This document shows positions 11,910-25,249 of a stretch of DNA of 64,000 nt, in pieces (position 1 is the stretch's first letter; each line of letters begins with the position of its first letter). Both the position numbers and the translations under genes were made by a program. The notes beneath the pieces are model-generated. The model worked only from the letters and a program-made list of their open reading frames with translations, did no database searches and had not been told where the DNA came from. The DNA comes from Torpedo marmorata (Eukaryota), in contig OZ360242.1 in NCBI GenBank assembly GCA_977017645.1, forward strand, positions 21,390,001 through 21,454,000. Reading direction: 5' to 3'.

Positions 11910-14900
11910 TTCTTTTTAAAATATTTTTATTGAGTTTAACATATAAACATGTATACAGAAAAAAATTTTGAAAAAACACAAAAAGTCATCTCATATTCGT
12001 ACATATATAAAGAAAAAAACCCAAAAAAAACAAATGGAACTGCATTAACCAGTTCCTAAGTTCAGATGAGAGACAAGTTGTGAATATACTGTAAATTTAT
12101 GTTAAAGCTCGTATTTCAAATTATTGATCTAAAAAGAGTAATATAAAAGAAAAAAAAAATTAAACAAAAAAAACTAAAAACTAAAACTAATCTAACCCCT
12201 CCCTCTAATCAAGGTTACCGTTTCTAAAAAAAAAGGAAAAGAAAAATGCATCAGATAGCGACCTCCAGACATCGGACAGAGAATCCTTGGGACATTCACG
12301 GTTATTAATTCTTCCAATCATGACAGTATTCTATCAATTGGCCCCATATCTTTAAAAATTGGAACTTTCTATCTTTCATATTATATCTAATTTTCTCCAA
12401 GCTCAAATAAGATATTACATCCTGTAACCACTGTATATGCGTAGGTGAGGAATCATCTTTCCATTTCAATAGAATTGCTCGTCTGGCTATCAACGTGGAA
12501 AAGGCTATAACTTTCTCCTGAGATGCAGATAGAAGTATATTTGGTTCACGTGAAAAACAAAACAGAGCAATTATCGAACATGGTTCTATTTTAACCTTGA
12601 AAATCATCGATAAAGTTTGGAAAATATCTTTCCAAAATCTCTCTAAATTTGGGCATTCCCAAAACATATGAATCAGTGAGGCTTCAAAAATTTTACACTT
12701 CTCACATAGTGGATCAATATCTGCATAAAAATGAGATAATTTAAGTTTGGACATATGGATTCTATGTACCACCTTAAATTGTAATAAACAATGTCTTGCA
12801 CAGAATGAAGAGGCGTTAATCAAGCTAAAAGTATGATACCAATCTTCATCTGAAAATGTTGTATTCAAATCACGTTCCCAATCATTCTTAATCCCAGCCA
12901 TAGAGGCTGATCTTATATCCAATAAATCGTTATATATGCATGATGTTAATCCACGCTGAAAAAAAACGTAAGTTAAAAAGTGAATCGAGGAAGTTAGTAT
13001 TTGAGATTCGAGGAAAATCAGAAAGCTTGAACTGAACAAAATGTCTAATATGTAAATATCTAAAAAAATGTCCATTAGTAAGATTAAATTTATCTACCAG
13101 TTGTTCAAAAGAGGCAAAGTTATCTTGAATAAAAAGATCGTTACAGCTATGAAATCCAAATCTATACCATTCCTTAAATCCTGCATCCAGCACAGACGGC
13201 TGAAAAAGGTGATTATCTATAATAGGACTAGCCAGAGAAAAACTATTAAAACCAAAAAATTTTGTAAACTGAGCCCATATTCTCAACCTGTATCTCAATA
13301 ACAGATTATGAGTTAATTAGGAAAAGGAAAATGGTAAAAAGGATCCCAAAATTGCCAGCATAGATGTTTTTTTGTCTTGAGATAGTACTGGAAGATTCAG
13401 CCGATCTAGAAATTCTGACATTGAAACATAATTATTACCAAATTCAGACGTATAAAGGTTAGAATAAAATTCCTTGAAGGTCTCATTTATTTTAAAATAA
13501 TCTGTTATCATTTTACCATCCCTCATCCGAATCTTGTTTATTTGTTTTTTTTAAAAGCAGAAATTCCTTTTAATTGTCCAGATAGCAATTTACTAGATTT
13601 TTGTCCATGAATATAAAAAAGACTTCTACTTCTTAACAATTGTTGTTCAATTGGATAAGTAGAGAGAAGATCAAATTTAGTTTTAAGTTCTACTCTTCTC
13701 TTGTATAAATCCGGATTTTTATTTTGAGCAAATTGAATATCAATTTGCTTAATCTGATTAATTAAATCTAACATTAGTCTTCTTCTTAATGTTAGCAGTA
13801 TAAGAAATGATTTGTCCCCTTAAATACGCTTTCATTGTATCCAAAACTATCAAATTAGACATCGTTGGGGAAGAGTTAGTAGCAAAAAAAAACAAAAAAA
13901 ACCGTATTTGTTTCTCCATAAAATTTATGAATTCTTCATCTGCAAGGAGAGTAGTATTAAATCTCCAATGTCTTTTTGTTAACGAAACACCATAAAAGTT
14001 CAAAGATAAAATACTGGGGCATGGTCAGATATAACTATTCCTTGATATTCACATGAATTAGTCATGGAAATAAATTGATAGTCAATTAAAAAATAATCGA
14101 TCCTTGTATAAGAACGATGCACATTGGAAAGAAAAGAATATTTTCTACTGGTAGGGTTTAAAAAACGCCAAACATCTGTAATACCAAAATTTGACGTAAA
14201 GGAATGTATTACTGCTGCAGATTTAGAAAGAGTTGTTAATTTAGAAGAACGGTCTAAAAACGTATTCAAACATCAGTTAAAATCACCTCCCAAAATAAAT
14301 GAATATTGATTTAAATCAGGTAAGACTGAAAAAAATTTCAAAAAATGCTGGTTCATCAATATTTGGGGCATAAACATTAGCTAATACTACAAATTTATTA
14401 TATAATTTCCCTATGAGAATAATAAAATGACCTTGTTTGTCCAATATACTGTTATGCAAAACAAATGGAATATTTTGATTAATTAATATCGAAACTCCTC
14501 TAATTTTAGCATCAGAACAGGAGTGAAAAAATTGACCCTTCCATCTAAACATTAATTTATCCTTGTCAGAATTCCTAATATGGGTTTCTTGAAAAAAGGC
14601 CACACCTGCTTTTAACTGTTTTAAATGCACCATTACTCTATGCCGTTTGATTGGCCCATTCAAATCTTTAACATTCCATGGAACTATTTTGTTCGGAGTC
14701 ATTACCAAATAATTAATTGTCTGATAATTGATGTCCCGAAAGCCACTGCCCAACCCCAGAGAACACCACTTCTGATCCATACAAAAATAAATCAAACAAA
14801 ACATATATCGGTAACCTTGTCCAACCAACTAATCTAACCCCCACTCCCGGCCCATCCGGAACTGCAGATCTCCCTCCATGGTGGAGATCCGCTCTGGAAA

Positions 14901-17200
14901 AAAAAATAACCCAAAATACTTGTTTGTGATCTTAAAGCTCATGCCAACAATTAAAAAAAAATTAAAACCCAATAGATTGTAAAAACAAGGATTAATTAAC
15001 ACTCTCCCCTTCAACAGAAACATTCTAATATATACCAGAACTTATGAAAAATATAAAACCTAACCAATCAAGAAAATATATCTTAAGTACATACATGGGA
15101 TGAATAAATCATTTTTTATATGGACTAATCAAACTTCAGTTAATTATAGTATTTGGTCATGCAAAACAACTTTACATTTACACAACCATGATCAGTCCTT
15201 ACACAAATAACTCCTATATTAAGTATGCACTAAACCATTAAAATAAACATCATTATATATGTAAGTGTAAAAAGCTAATATGCCTAAATTGGAAAAAAAA
15301 GGAAAGCCCCCAATACCACGTAGGTATCATGAAGACAGAAAACTCCCAAACCTTATGTAGTAGCAGATGCCCTCAATGGGCATGCACAGGTTATAAAGAG
15401 CCGCGCATGCGCAGAAAAAAAAAAACCGACATAAATATAATTACCAGTATAATAAATCTGTTAAAAATCCTAAAAGAATTTAAAAGGCTTACAAACCCCT
15501 AATACAATCTCTATAATCAAAAAACCAACTAATCTTTAACTATAGTGTAGGTCAAAAGAAACCCTGAAGCCTAGTGACGAAACGGCACAGGATACGCACA
15601 TGCGCCGGTCTAATTCTGTATCGCGCATGCGCAGACTAAAAAAAAGCCCCCGATAAAAAAAGCATTAAACCTAAAAAGTCCCGATTAAACGCTACAACTC
15701 TAACAATTATTAATATCCATTCTATCCAAAAGAAAAAGTAAAAGTTAATGCCAAACTTAACCATGCTTATCTGAAATAATATAGTCGATGCGCCTGCGCT
15801 TAAAAATAAAGAAGTTTCCCTGGGCAAGAACCTCCATCGCCATTTTCCTTTCTTTATTGTATATTAAAATTTCTCAATAAATTCAGCCAGATTAATTAAA
15901 ATCGCTTCCCAACCGCCATTTTCTTTTCCATTATGAACAAAGAGATCAGAATCTATTTCAAATCGCCATTTTGTAATGTTATGTCTAAAATCTGAAATAA
16001 ACCAAAACAAAACTTATTTTTTAAAATTTAGACACCAGAGAAAACAAAAAAGGAGGAACTGTAGCCTCTCTCCCTTAAACTATATGTATATAATTATAAG
16101 GAAAGAAACTCTCCAGATTACCCTTTCCCTCACAATGGTATATCCCCAGAATAGAGACAAGTCAGACAAAGAAACATAGGTCCCCCTGTTCCGAAATGGT
16201 ATCAACTCCCTTGAAAGCAAAAAAAGTTAACTCATTCCTGGTACCGGCTGAACAAGACCACCAGGAATAATAGCTGGAAGAGCATCTCGAGCTTGTTGTT
16301 CGGAGTTAAAGTACATTCTCTGTCCATCTTTCAAAACAATTCAAAGACGAGCTGGATACTGCATGACTGGCTTCAAACCTTCCTTGAAGAAAATTTCCAT
16401 TACACCATGGAACTTTCTCCTCATCGTTATCACTTCTGGGCACAAATCTTCAACCAACCCAACAGGTTGGCCTTGATAGCTCAAATCCTTCTTTCGACGA
16501 GCCGCTTGAATAATCTGTTCCTTTTGATGAAAATAATGACAGCAAACAATTACCACTCAAGGACAATCTCCAGACATCTGTTTTAGAGAAGGAATTCGAT
16601 GCGCCCGATCCAGTAGGAGGTCTCCAGTTATTACATCTTTTCCAAGTAACTCAGTGAAGACTGTTACAGGAGACATTCCCTTCTCGATACCTTCTTTAAT
16701 TCCCAGAATACGAATATTGTGTTGTCTACTTCGGCCCTCCAGGTTGACCAAACGAGACAACAGATTTTTGTTACTAACTTCGAGCTTACTCATCCTTTCT
16801 TCCAGCAAGTCTGTCTTAGCTTGAACAACTGACTCGACATCTTGTATACGTTTTTCCATCAGTGGTATTGCTGCTATAGATTGATCAAGTTTATCCTCCA
16901 ATTTACGCATGGCATTCATTATTTTATCTGACAGTTCCTTATTCTGTGTTTTTATCATTGCAGCAACCACATCGATAGTGGAGGGTGACTCCTCTTCAGA
17001 TTCAGACTCGGCAATCACTTTTGTCTTCTTTGCAGCTTTTGGTGGCATTTTCTTGATATTAGTATTAATATTATTGTCAAGACACACTCCCACCAAAATT
17101 CAAACAGCTTGGAGTCAAAAAAAAAGTTAGGTCTAGAAGTGGAAAGTGTTAAGCGTTGGCAGAGCTAATGACTGGCACAGCTTACCCCATGCAGCCACCA
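11910..17200 (-). mobile_element. L1-clade LINE, full span but decayed; RT domain deleted
   Basis: ORF1 (17048 to ~16227) contains LEGRSRQHNIRILGIKEG and DRAHR. ORF2 starts at 14702 with APE motifs WNV, FFQETH, NVYAPN, RIDYF and SDHAP, and ends with the CEKC...HMFWEC zinc knuckle. No RT motifs occur across the junction near 13370. Confidence 0.9.
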
Positions 17201-17875
17201 ACTGGTAATATCTAAAATATCTTATTTTAGATATTACCCAGATATTAGGTAATATCTAAAATAAAACACTCCATTCCCCATTTTTTTTCCTTCTTTGTGC
17301 ACAATTTTGTTTTTGCTTTTTTTAACAAGCCTGGTCACCTCTCATTCAGTAAACAAGACTATCATGTTCAAAGTAAACTTTTGGCAAGTTGACAACTATT
17401 TAATGAGGAATTTCACTTTTTACCCTCAGGTTTTCATCAATTCACATACACTCAAGTAGCAGCCAATACAGAAATAAGATTTCATTTTTTTCCCCATGTT
17501 TATTAAAAAGGTTCTGATATGACAAAAGAATGCATTTTGAAGTAGTGCAAGAGTCAGTAATCCTCTGGATGGTAATACCAAGTGATTGTTTCTAAGTGAA
17601 CTTGTTCTGCAACAATATTTCATATGAACAAAGGAGATATGAAAGAAACAATCATATGCAAAGCTATTAAATCACAGGTCAGACTGCATTTAATGACAGA
17701 GTATCTAATTGTTAGATTAGGCCTTCACTTTGCAAACTGTCATTGGGAATAAAAATAGTTTACCATCAACACGAATGAAATTATTTAAAGGAGCAATCCA
17801 AGTCCTTGAGACATTTTTAGAAGTGATTTCAAACAAAAACTAGTTCTTCTGACAAATAACGCAGTACAAATAATG

Positions 17876-18103
17876 TTTAAATTTAGAGGTACAGGACAGT
17901 AACAGGTCCTTCTGGCCCACGAATCTGCTCGGCCAAGTGCACCCATGTGACCAATTAACCTACAAATCCTGTACATCTTTGGAATGTGGAAGGAAATCGG
18001 AGCTCCAAGAAGAAACTCACATGGACATGAGGAGAATGAACAAACAGCGTTGGATACATACCTTGATTGCTGCGCTGTAATAGCATCGCGCTAAGTGCTA
18101 CAC
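17876..18103 (-). mobile_element. tRNA-derived SINE in the probable LITAF 3' UTR
   Basis: Reverse complement of the SINE family at 4583. Confidence 0.7.
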
Positions 18104-18387
18104 TAGGGGTGCAAGATAAAAATGACGAAAAGTAAATTGCAAATCTTTCCATTAATAAATGAAATCTGCAGGAATATTTTTTTCATTAAGCAGATTAAAT
18201 TATGGAGACTGGTAGAATGGTATTTTGAGAAAAAGTATACATATTAACAGTTAGCCAATAGTTGATGTATTGTGAGCCACCATCTTCAGGTCACACAAAT
18301 AATTTCATTCTACAAGTAAAAAGGACTTGTCAAGATGCAGCATCAACATTTAATATCTTTGGAACACCCAGATCTTGCAGCAACATT

Positions 18388-18522
<135 letters not shown>

Positions 18523-19156
18523 TTAGAGTTTACCCTCCCAAAACAATTGGTCACATTATCCAAGCAACTTCTTGGGAGGAGGGGGAAGTTGGCAATATGG
18601 AAACAGACCTTTTTAAAATCATCACATTTGTCAAGAGAACATAATCCAGTAATTTAAGGCAAAATATAAACCTACATTTGGTTCAGACTAAAATAAACAT
18701 GGGTAGGGTATGCAGAATGCAAGATAAACAAGTGCATTTTACCTCACTGATTTCTGAATGATGCCCCCTTTGGTTCCACTGCACCTTTTCCACAATATTG
18801 CAGTACAAAAACAAATTAGCTCAACCCTTTCATGGGGAAATAATAATCACGTCAATTTGCCTCAATCCCAGATCCAATAATATCCTTTCTTTTAGTTATC
18901 CAATTTTTGGAAGCATATTGCATTTCTTCCAAGTACACTACAACCAGTTGTGAAAGCAGAGAGAGACAAATGGAACAAACCAAATCCATCAAGATTATTT
19001 CCTTCAGTTACAAAAGAACTTTGAGGGAACATTGGTTTTCACAAATTTGTTATGGCAACTTTGATAAGAATGCTTGGCTCAGTTGGCAGCATTTCACATT
19101 AAATGACGAGGTTATGGGTCATGCTTCACTCAACGTGACCCTGGCCAACATAATAG

Positions 19157-19400
19157 GGTAGCATAGCCAGGAGAGCCATTGCCTCCCGGCTTCAATGAGG
19201 CGGGATGATCCAGACCTTCTATGCTGTGTGGATTTTGCATGTTCTCTGTGACTTCCCTCCAGATGCACTCATTTCCACAAAGACATGCAGATTGGTTGGT
19301 TAATCACGACTGTAAATTGCTCCTAGCGAGTATAGGTGTGGTAGAATCAGGGGGGGAACTGATGGCTATTCCCTGATCAATGAACCCAATGAGATGGCTC
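19157..19400 (+). mobile_element. Old degenerate SINE
   Basis: Decayed V-SINE-like core (TTTGCATGTTCTC...AAAGACATGCAG...TGTAAATTGC). Confidence 0.45.
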
Positions 19401-19699
19401 TGCTATTCAGCATGATTAGGGCTGATCCACCAACTTTAGTCCAATTTAATTTTCCCATCCTCATTTTCTTCGATTCATCAAGTCCCTGCTTTGACCATCC
19501 TCAATGACTGACTATTTGGAGCATCAAGGTGAACAATTTCAAAAAGATTTGTAACCTGTACAAGGAGGTTTCTCCTCAGTTCTAAACTGTCGACCAATCA
19601 ACACACACTCGCCTCGAACAAATCCAATGAAGTAACAGATATTGAGGAGTATTTTTGGAAAAGGAAGAGAAGTGGCCAGTGGGAACAAGATTGCACCGT

Positions 19700-22600
19700 A
19701 GAACACTAGCACAGAAACAGGCCCTTCGGCCCATCTAGTCTGTGCCAAACTATTATTCTGCCTACTTCCATTGACCTACACCCAGACCATAGCCCTCGAT
19801 ACACATCCCATTCATGTACCCATCCAATTTTTTCTTAAATGTCAAAATCAAGCCTGCATTTACTTCAGCTGGCAGTTCGTTCCAGACTCTCACCACTCTC
19901 TGCGTGAAGAAGTTCCCCCAATGTTCCCTTCAAACATTTCACCTTTCACCCTTAACCCATGTCCACTCGTTCTCATCTGCCTGCATTTTATCTATACCCC
20001 TCATAATTCTCAGATTTCAGATTTATTGTCAGAGTACATACATGACATCACATACAACCCTGAGATTCTTTTTCCTGCGGGCGCAGCAGAATTACCACTA
20101 ATTGGTAGTGCAAAAGTAAACTGTACACAGCGTAAACATGTAAACAATCAAAAGAACTGCTAACAGGTAACGAATGAAACTGAAAATGAAACTGACTGTG
20201 CAATACTGAGAGAGCAAAGAAAAATCAATAAAGTGCACGAGTAAGAGTCCTTAAATGAGTCTCTGATTTGACTTTGTCGTTGAGGATTCTGATGGTAGAG
20301 GGGTAGCAGCTGTTCCTAAACCTGGTGGTGTGAGTCTTGTGGCACCTATACCTCTTTCCTGATGGCAGCAGCGAGAACAGAGCGTGTGCTGGGTGGCGTG
20401 GGTCTTCGATGATTGCTGCTGCCCTCTGACGGCAGTGTTCCCTATAGATGTACTCAATAGTGGGGAGGGTTTTGCCAGTAATGTCCTGGGCTGTGTCCAC
20501 TAACTTTTGGAGGGCTTTACACTCAGGGGTATTGGTGTTCCCATTCCAGACCATGATGCAGCCAGTCAACATACTTTCCACCTCACATCTGTAGAAATTT
20601 GCCAGGGTTTCTGGTGTCATACCAAACCTCTCCAAGCTTCTGAGGAAGTAGAGGCACTGAGGTTCTTTCTTCACAATGCCATTGGTGTGTTGGGTCCAGG
20701 AAAGATCCTCTGAGATAGTGACTCCCAAGAACCTAAATTTGCTCACCCTCTCCACCTCTGATCCCCCAATGATCACTGGATTGTAAACCTCTGGCTTTCC
20801 TTTCCTGATGTCAACAATCAGCTCCTTAGTTTTGGTGACATTGAGTGCAAGGTTGTTTTTGGTGCACCATTCAGCCAGGTTTTCAATCTCTATCCTGTAT
20901 GCTGACTCTCCCCTTCCTTTATACAACCTACTACCGTGGTATCGTCGGCAAATTTGTAGATGGTGTTATTGTCATACCGAGCTACACAGTCGTAGGTGTA
21001 AAGTGAGTAGAGCACTGCTCCGGTACTGATGGAGATTGTGGAGGAGAAGTTCTAACCAATCTTCACTGATTGTGGTCTGGAGGTGAAGAAATCCATGATC
21101 CAATTATGCAGTGGAGTGTTAACTCCCAGGTCTTGGAGTTTGCTGATCAGTTTTGAGGGGATGATGGTGTTAAATGCCGAACTGTAGTCGATAAAGAGCA
21201 TCCTGATGTATGCATTTTTGCTGTCCAGGTGTTCCAGGGCTTTGTGTAGGGCCAGTGAGATGGCATCCGCCGTAGACCTGTTGCTGCGATAGGCGAACTG
21301 GAGTGGATCCGTGTCACCGCTCAGACAGGAGCTGATATGCTCCATCACCAGCCTTTGAAAACACTTCATCTCTGTTGATGTAAGTGCTACTGGTCGATAG
21401 TCGTTAAGGCAGGTTATTGCACTCTTCTTGGGCACCGGTATGATTGACGCCTGTTTGAAACAGGTGGGTACCTCACCCTGCTGGAGTGAGATATTGAAGA
21501 TATCCGTGAATACCTTGGTAAGTTGATCAGCACAGATCTTTAATACTCGGCCAGGTACTCCATCCGGGCCGGATGCTTTCCTCGGATTCACTCTCTTGAA
21601 GGCAACACGCACTTCATCCTCAGATACGGACAGGGTGGGATCGTCAGGAGACGTGGGGGTGCGGAGGGGTGGTTCTTCGCTGTTACTGTCGTCAAATCGG
21701 GCGTAGAAGGCGTTGAGTTCCTCTGGGAGAGAAGCTTTGCCATCAACAACTTTACCAGATTTGGTTTTGTAACAGGTTATAACATTCAGACCCTGCCACA
21801 GCTGTCGGGTGTCCCTTATTGGTTCCATTTTCATCCAGAATCTCCACTTCACCTGGGAGATAGCCTTCCGGAGGTCATACCTGCTCCTGCTGCACTCATC
21901 TGGATCTCCAGACTTAAATGCCTGCGATCTGGCTCTCAGCAGGTTCCAGATTTCACTGTTCATCCAGGGCTTCTGGTTGGGGAACACCCTGAATGATTTG
22001 GTGGGGACACACTTATCCACAGCTGTTTTGATAAAGTGTGTGACAGCCTCCGTGTACTCATTCAGATTCTCAGCAGAGTTCTTGAACACTGCCCAATCCG
22101 CTGACTCGAGTAAGTCCTGTAACCGTTCTTCAGCCTCCTGCGACCACTTCCTAGCTGTTCTGACCTCCGGAGCCTCTCTCTTCAGGCTCTGTCTGTATGA
22201 AGGCAGAAAGAGCACAGCCAGGTGATCAGACTTGCCTACGTGCGGTCTCGGGAAAGAACGGTAGGCCTTCCTTATCTTGGTGTAGCAGTGATCAAGTGTG
22301 CTGGGACATCTGGTAGAGCAGGTTACATGCTGGTGGTAGTTAGGCAGGGTTTATTGACACAGGCCTGGTTAAAGTCACCGACTAAGATTTGTAGTGCATC
22401 AGGCTGGGCCGTCTCTTGTTTACTGACCACATCATACAGCTCTGCATGTGCCTGCTTGTAATCGGCATCGGGAGGGATGTAAACTCCAGTGAGAATCACA
22501 GATGAGAACTCACGGGATAGATAGAAGGGTCTGCATTTAATCGAGATTTGCTCTAAGGCAGTAGAGCAGGAGGTCGACATAACTCCTTGCACCACCCATT

Positions 22601-23340
22601 ATTAACGAAAAAGCTCACACCACCTCCTCTCCCTTTTTCAGAATCCGAGTTCTGATCCAGTCTATGGATGGTGAAACCATCTGGTCGGATAGCGGTGTCT
22701 GGTGTGTTCTCTGTTAGCCAGGTCTCGGTGCAGCAAACAACTGAGATTTGTCTTACTTGTCTCTGGTAGAGTAGCCGTGCCCTTAGGTCGTCGATTTTAT
22801 TCTCCAGTGACTGGACATTTGCCAATAATATGGACGGTAGGGGAGGTCTAAGACCCCTGCGCTTCACCCTTGATTGAATCCCGGCCCTCACTCCACGTTT
22901 CCAACCTCGACATTGGTGGTGGCCTGTCCCTTTAAGGCCCCTGCTTTGCAGCCGTTCTGTTCTGCTTTGCTCTGGAGCAGCTGTTTCCCTGGAGATCGGT
23001 AACAATGTGTAGCAGTTGTTCATTGCGAAAAAGACCACCTGCAGCCGATTGTAGTGAGACCAGCTGCTGGGGTGAGTATTTGTAGATCTTGCACTGCGTG
23101 TTTTTGTGGATTTTTTCTGCAGCAGAAAGTTGCCGTTTGCCGCCATTTTCAAATCTCCCCTCAACTCCGATGCTCCAAGGAATAAAGTCCTAACCCATTT
23201 AACCTTTCCCTGTAACTCAGTTCCTCAAGTGACAGCAAATCACCTCAGCACTCTATTAATCTTATTGATATCTTTCCTGTAGTTAGGTGACCAAAACTGC
23301 ACATAAGACTCCAAATTTGGCCTCACCAAATAGGCATACA
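19700..23340 (-). mobile_element. CR1 3' remnant (19700-20011 and ~23150-23340) interrupted by Rex1
   Basis: CR1 tail sequence is collinear on either side of the Rex1 insertion. Confidence 0.65.
20012..23152 (-). mobile_element. Rex1/Babar LINE, near full length, frameshifted
   Basis: APE (LANVQSLENK, TETWL, GDFN), RT (KASGPDG, DYRPVALT, FIDYSSAFNTI, KFADD) and the C-terminal domain are present, with a (TCTGAAA)n tail. Confidence 0.92.
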
Positions 23341-25249
23341 ATCCCCTCCCTTTTAAGCATTTGAAAGGGATCACTCCCCTCACATCTCCCTGTTATGCTC
23401 TTCCATCTCCACCAACTACTCCCGTCTTTTGGCATAGAGCCGCAACACCTGTTCTTTCACCTCTTACCTTCCCACCAGCCAAGAACCCAATCTTTCCAGG
23501 TGAAGTAATGATTGACTTGCATTTCTTCCAGCCTAATGTACAGCATTTAGTCTTAGCTGAATGGTGCACAAACAACAACCTTGCACGCAATGTCACCAAA
23601 ACTAAGGAGCTGGTTGTTGACTTCAGGAAGGGAAAGCCAGAGGTATGCAATCCAGTGATCATTGGGGGATCAGAGGTGGAGAGGGTGAGCAAATTTAAGT
23701 TCTTGGGAGTCACTATCTCGGAGGATCTTTCCTGGACCCAACACACTAATGGCATCGTGAAGAAAGCATGTCAGCACCTCTACTTCCTCAGGAGATTGCG
23801 GCGGTTTCGTATGACACCAGAAACCCTGGCAAATTTCAACAGATGTATGGTGGAAAGTGTGCTGACCGGCTGCATCACGGTCTAGTATGGGGACACCAAT
23901 ACCCCTGAGTGTAAAGCCCTGCAAAAGGTAGTGGACACAGCCCAGGACATCACAGGCAAAACCCTCCCCACTATCGAGAACATCTACAGGGAACGCTGCT
24001 GTTGGAGAGCAGCAGCAATCATTAAGGATCCACATCACCCAGCACACGCTCTGTTCTCGCTGCTGCCACCAGGAAAGAGGTATAGGTGCCTCAAGACTTG
24101 CACCAGCAGGTTCAGGAACAGCTGCTACCCCTCCACCATCAGACTCCTCAACAATAAGAACATAAGAACATAAGAAATTAGGAACAGGAGTAGGCCAACC
24201 GGCCCATCGAGCCTGCTCCGCCATTCAATAAGATCATGGCTGATCTGATCAATGACCTAACTCCACCTACCTGCCCTTTCCCCATATCCCCTAATTCCTT
24301 TTTTAAGTAAAAATCTATCCAACTGAAACTTAAATATGTTCAATGAAGCAGCCTCAACCGTTTCCCTGGGTAGAGAATTCCACAAATTCACCACTCTCTG
24401 GGAAAAACTGTTTTTCCTCATCTCTGTCCTAAATCTACTCCCCCGAATCTTGAGGCTGTGTCCCCTAGTTTTGGTCTCACCCGCCAGTGAAAAAAACCTT
24501 CCTACCTCTATCCTATCTATCCCCTTCATAATTCTATATCTTTCTATAAGATCTCCTCTCATTCTTCTGAACTCGAGCGAGTATAATCCCAGACAATTTA
24601 ATCTTTCATCATAAGTCTACCCCTTCATCTCAGGGATCAACCTAGTAAACCTCCTGTGGACTGCCTCCAAAGCCAGTATATCCTTTCTCAAATATGGAGA
24701 CCCGAACTGCACACAGTACTCCAGGTGCGGTCTCACCAGTACCTTGTACAGTTGCAACATTACCTCCCTGCTCCTGAATTCAATTCCTCTAGCGATGAAG
24801 GCCAACATTCCATTTGCCTTCTTAATAACCTGCTGCACCTGCAACCGAACTTTTTGCGATTCGTGCACAAGCACTCCCAAGTCCTTCTGCAGTTTTTCAC
24901 TATTTAAATAATACTCTGCTCTTTTATTTTTCTTGCCAAAGTTGATAACCTCGCACTTACTAACATTGTACTCCATCTGCCAGACCTTTGCCTAACTTAA
25001 CTATATCCCTCTGTAGCCTCTCCACATCCTCAGTACAATTTGCTCTTTCACTCAATTTAGTATCATCCGCAAACTTGGCTACACCACATTTTGTCCCCTC
25101 CTCCAAATCATCAATGTAAATGATGAACATTTGTGGGCCCAGCACCGACCCCTGCGGCACCCCACTTACCACTGTCTGCCAATCAGAAAAACACCCATTT
25201 ATCCCGACTCTCTGCCTCCTTTCAGACAACCAATCCTCAATCCATGCTG

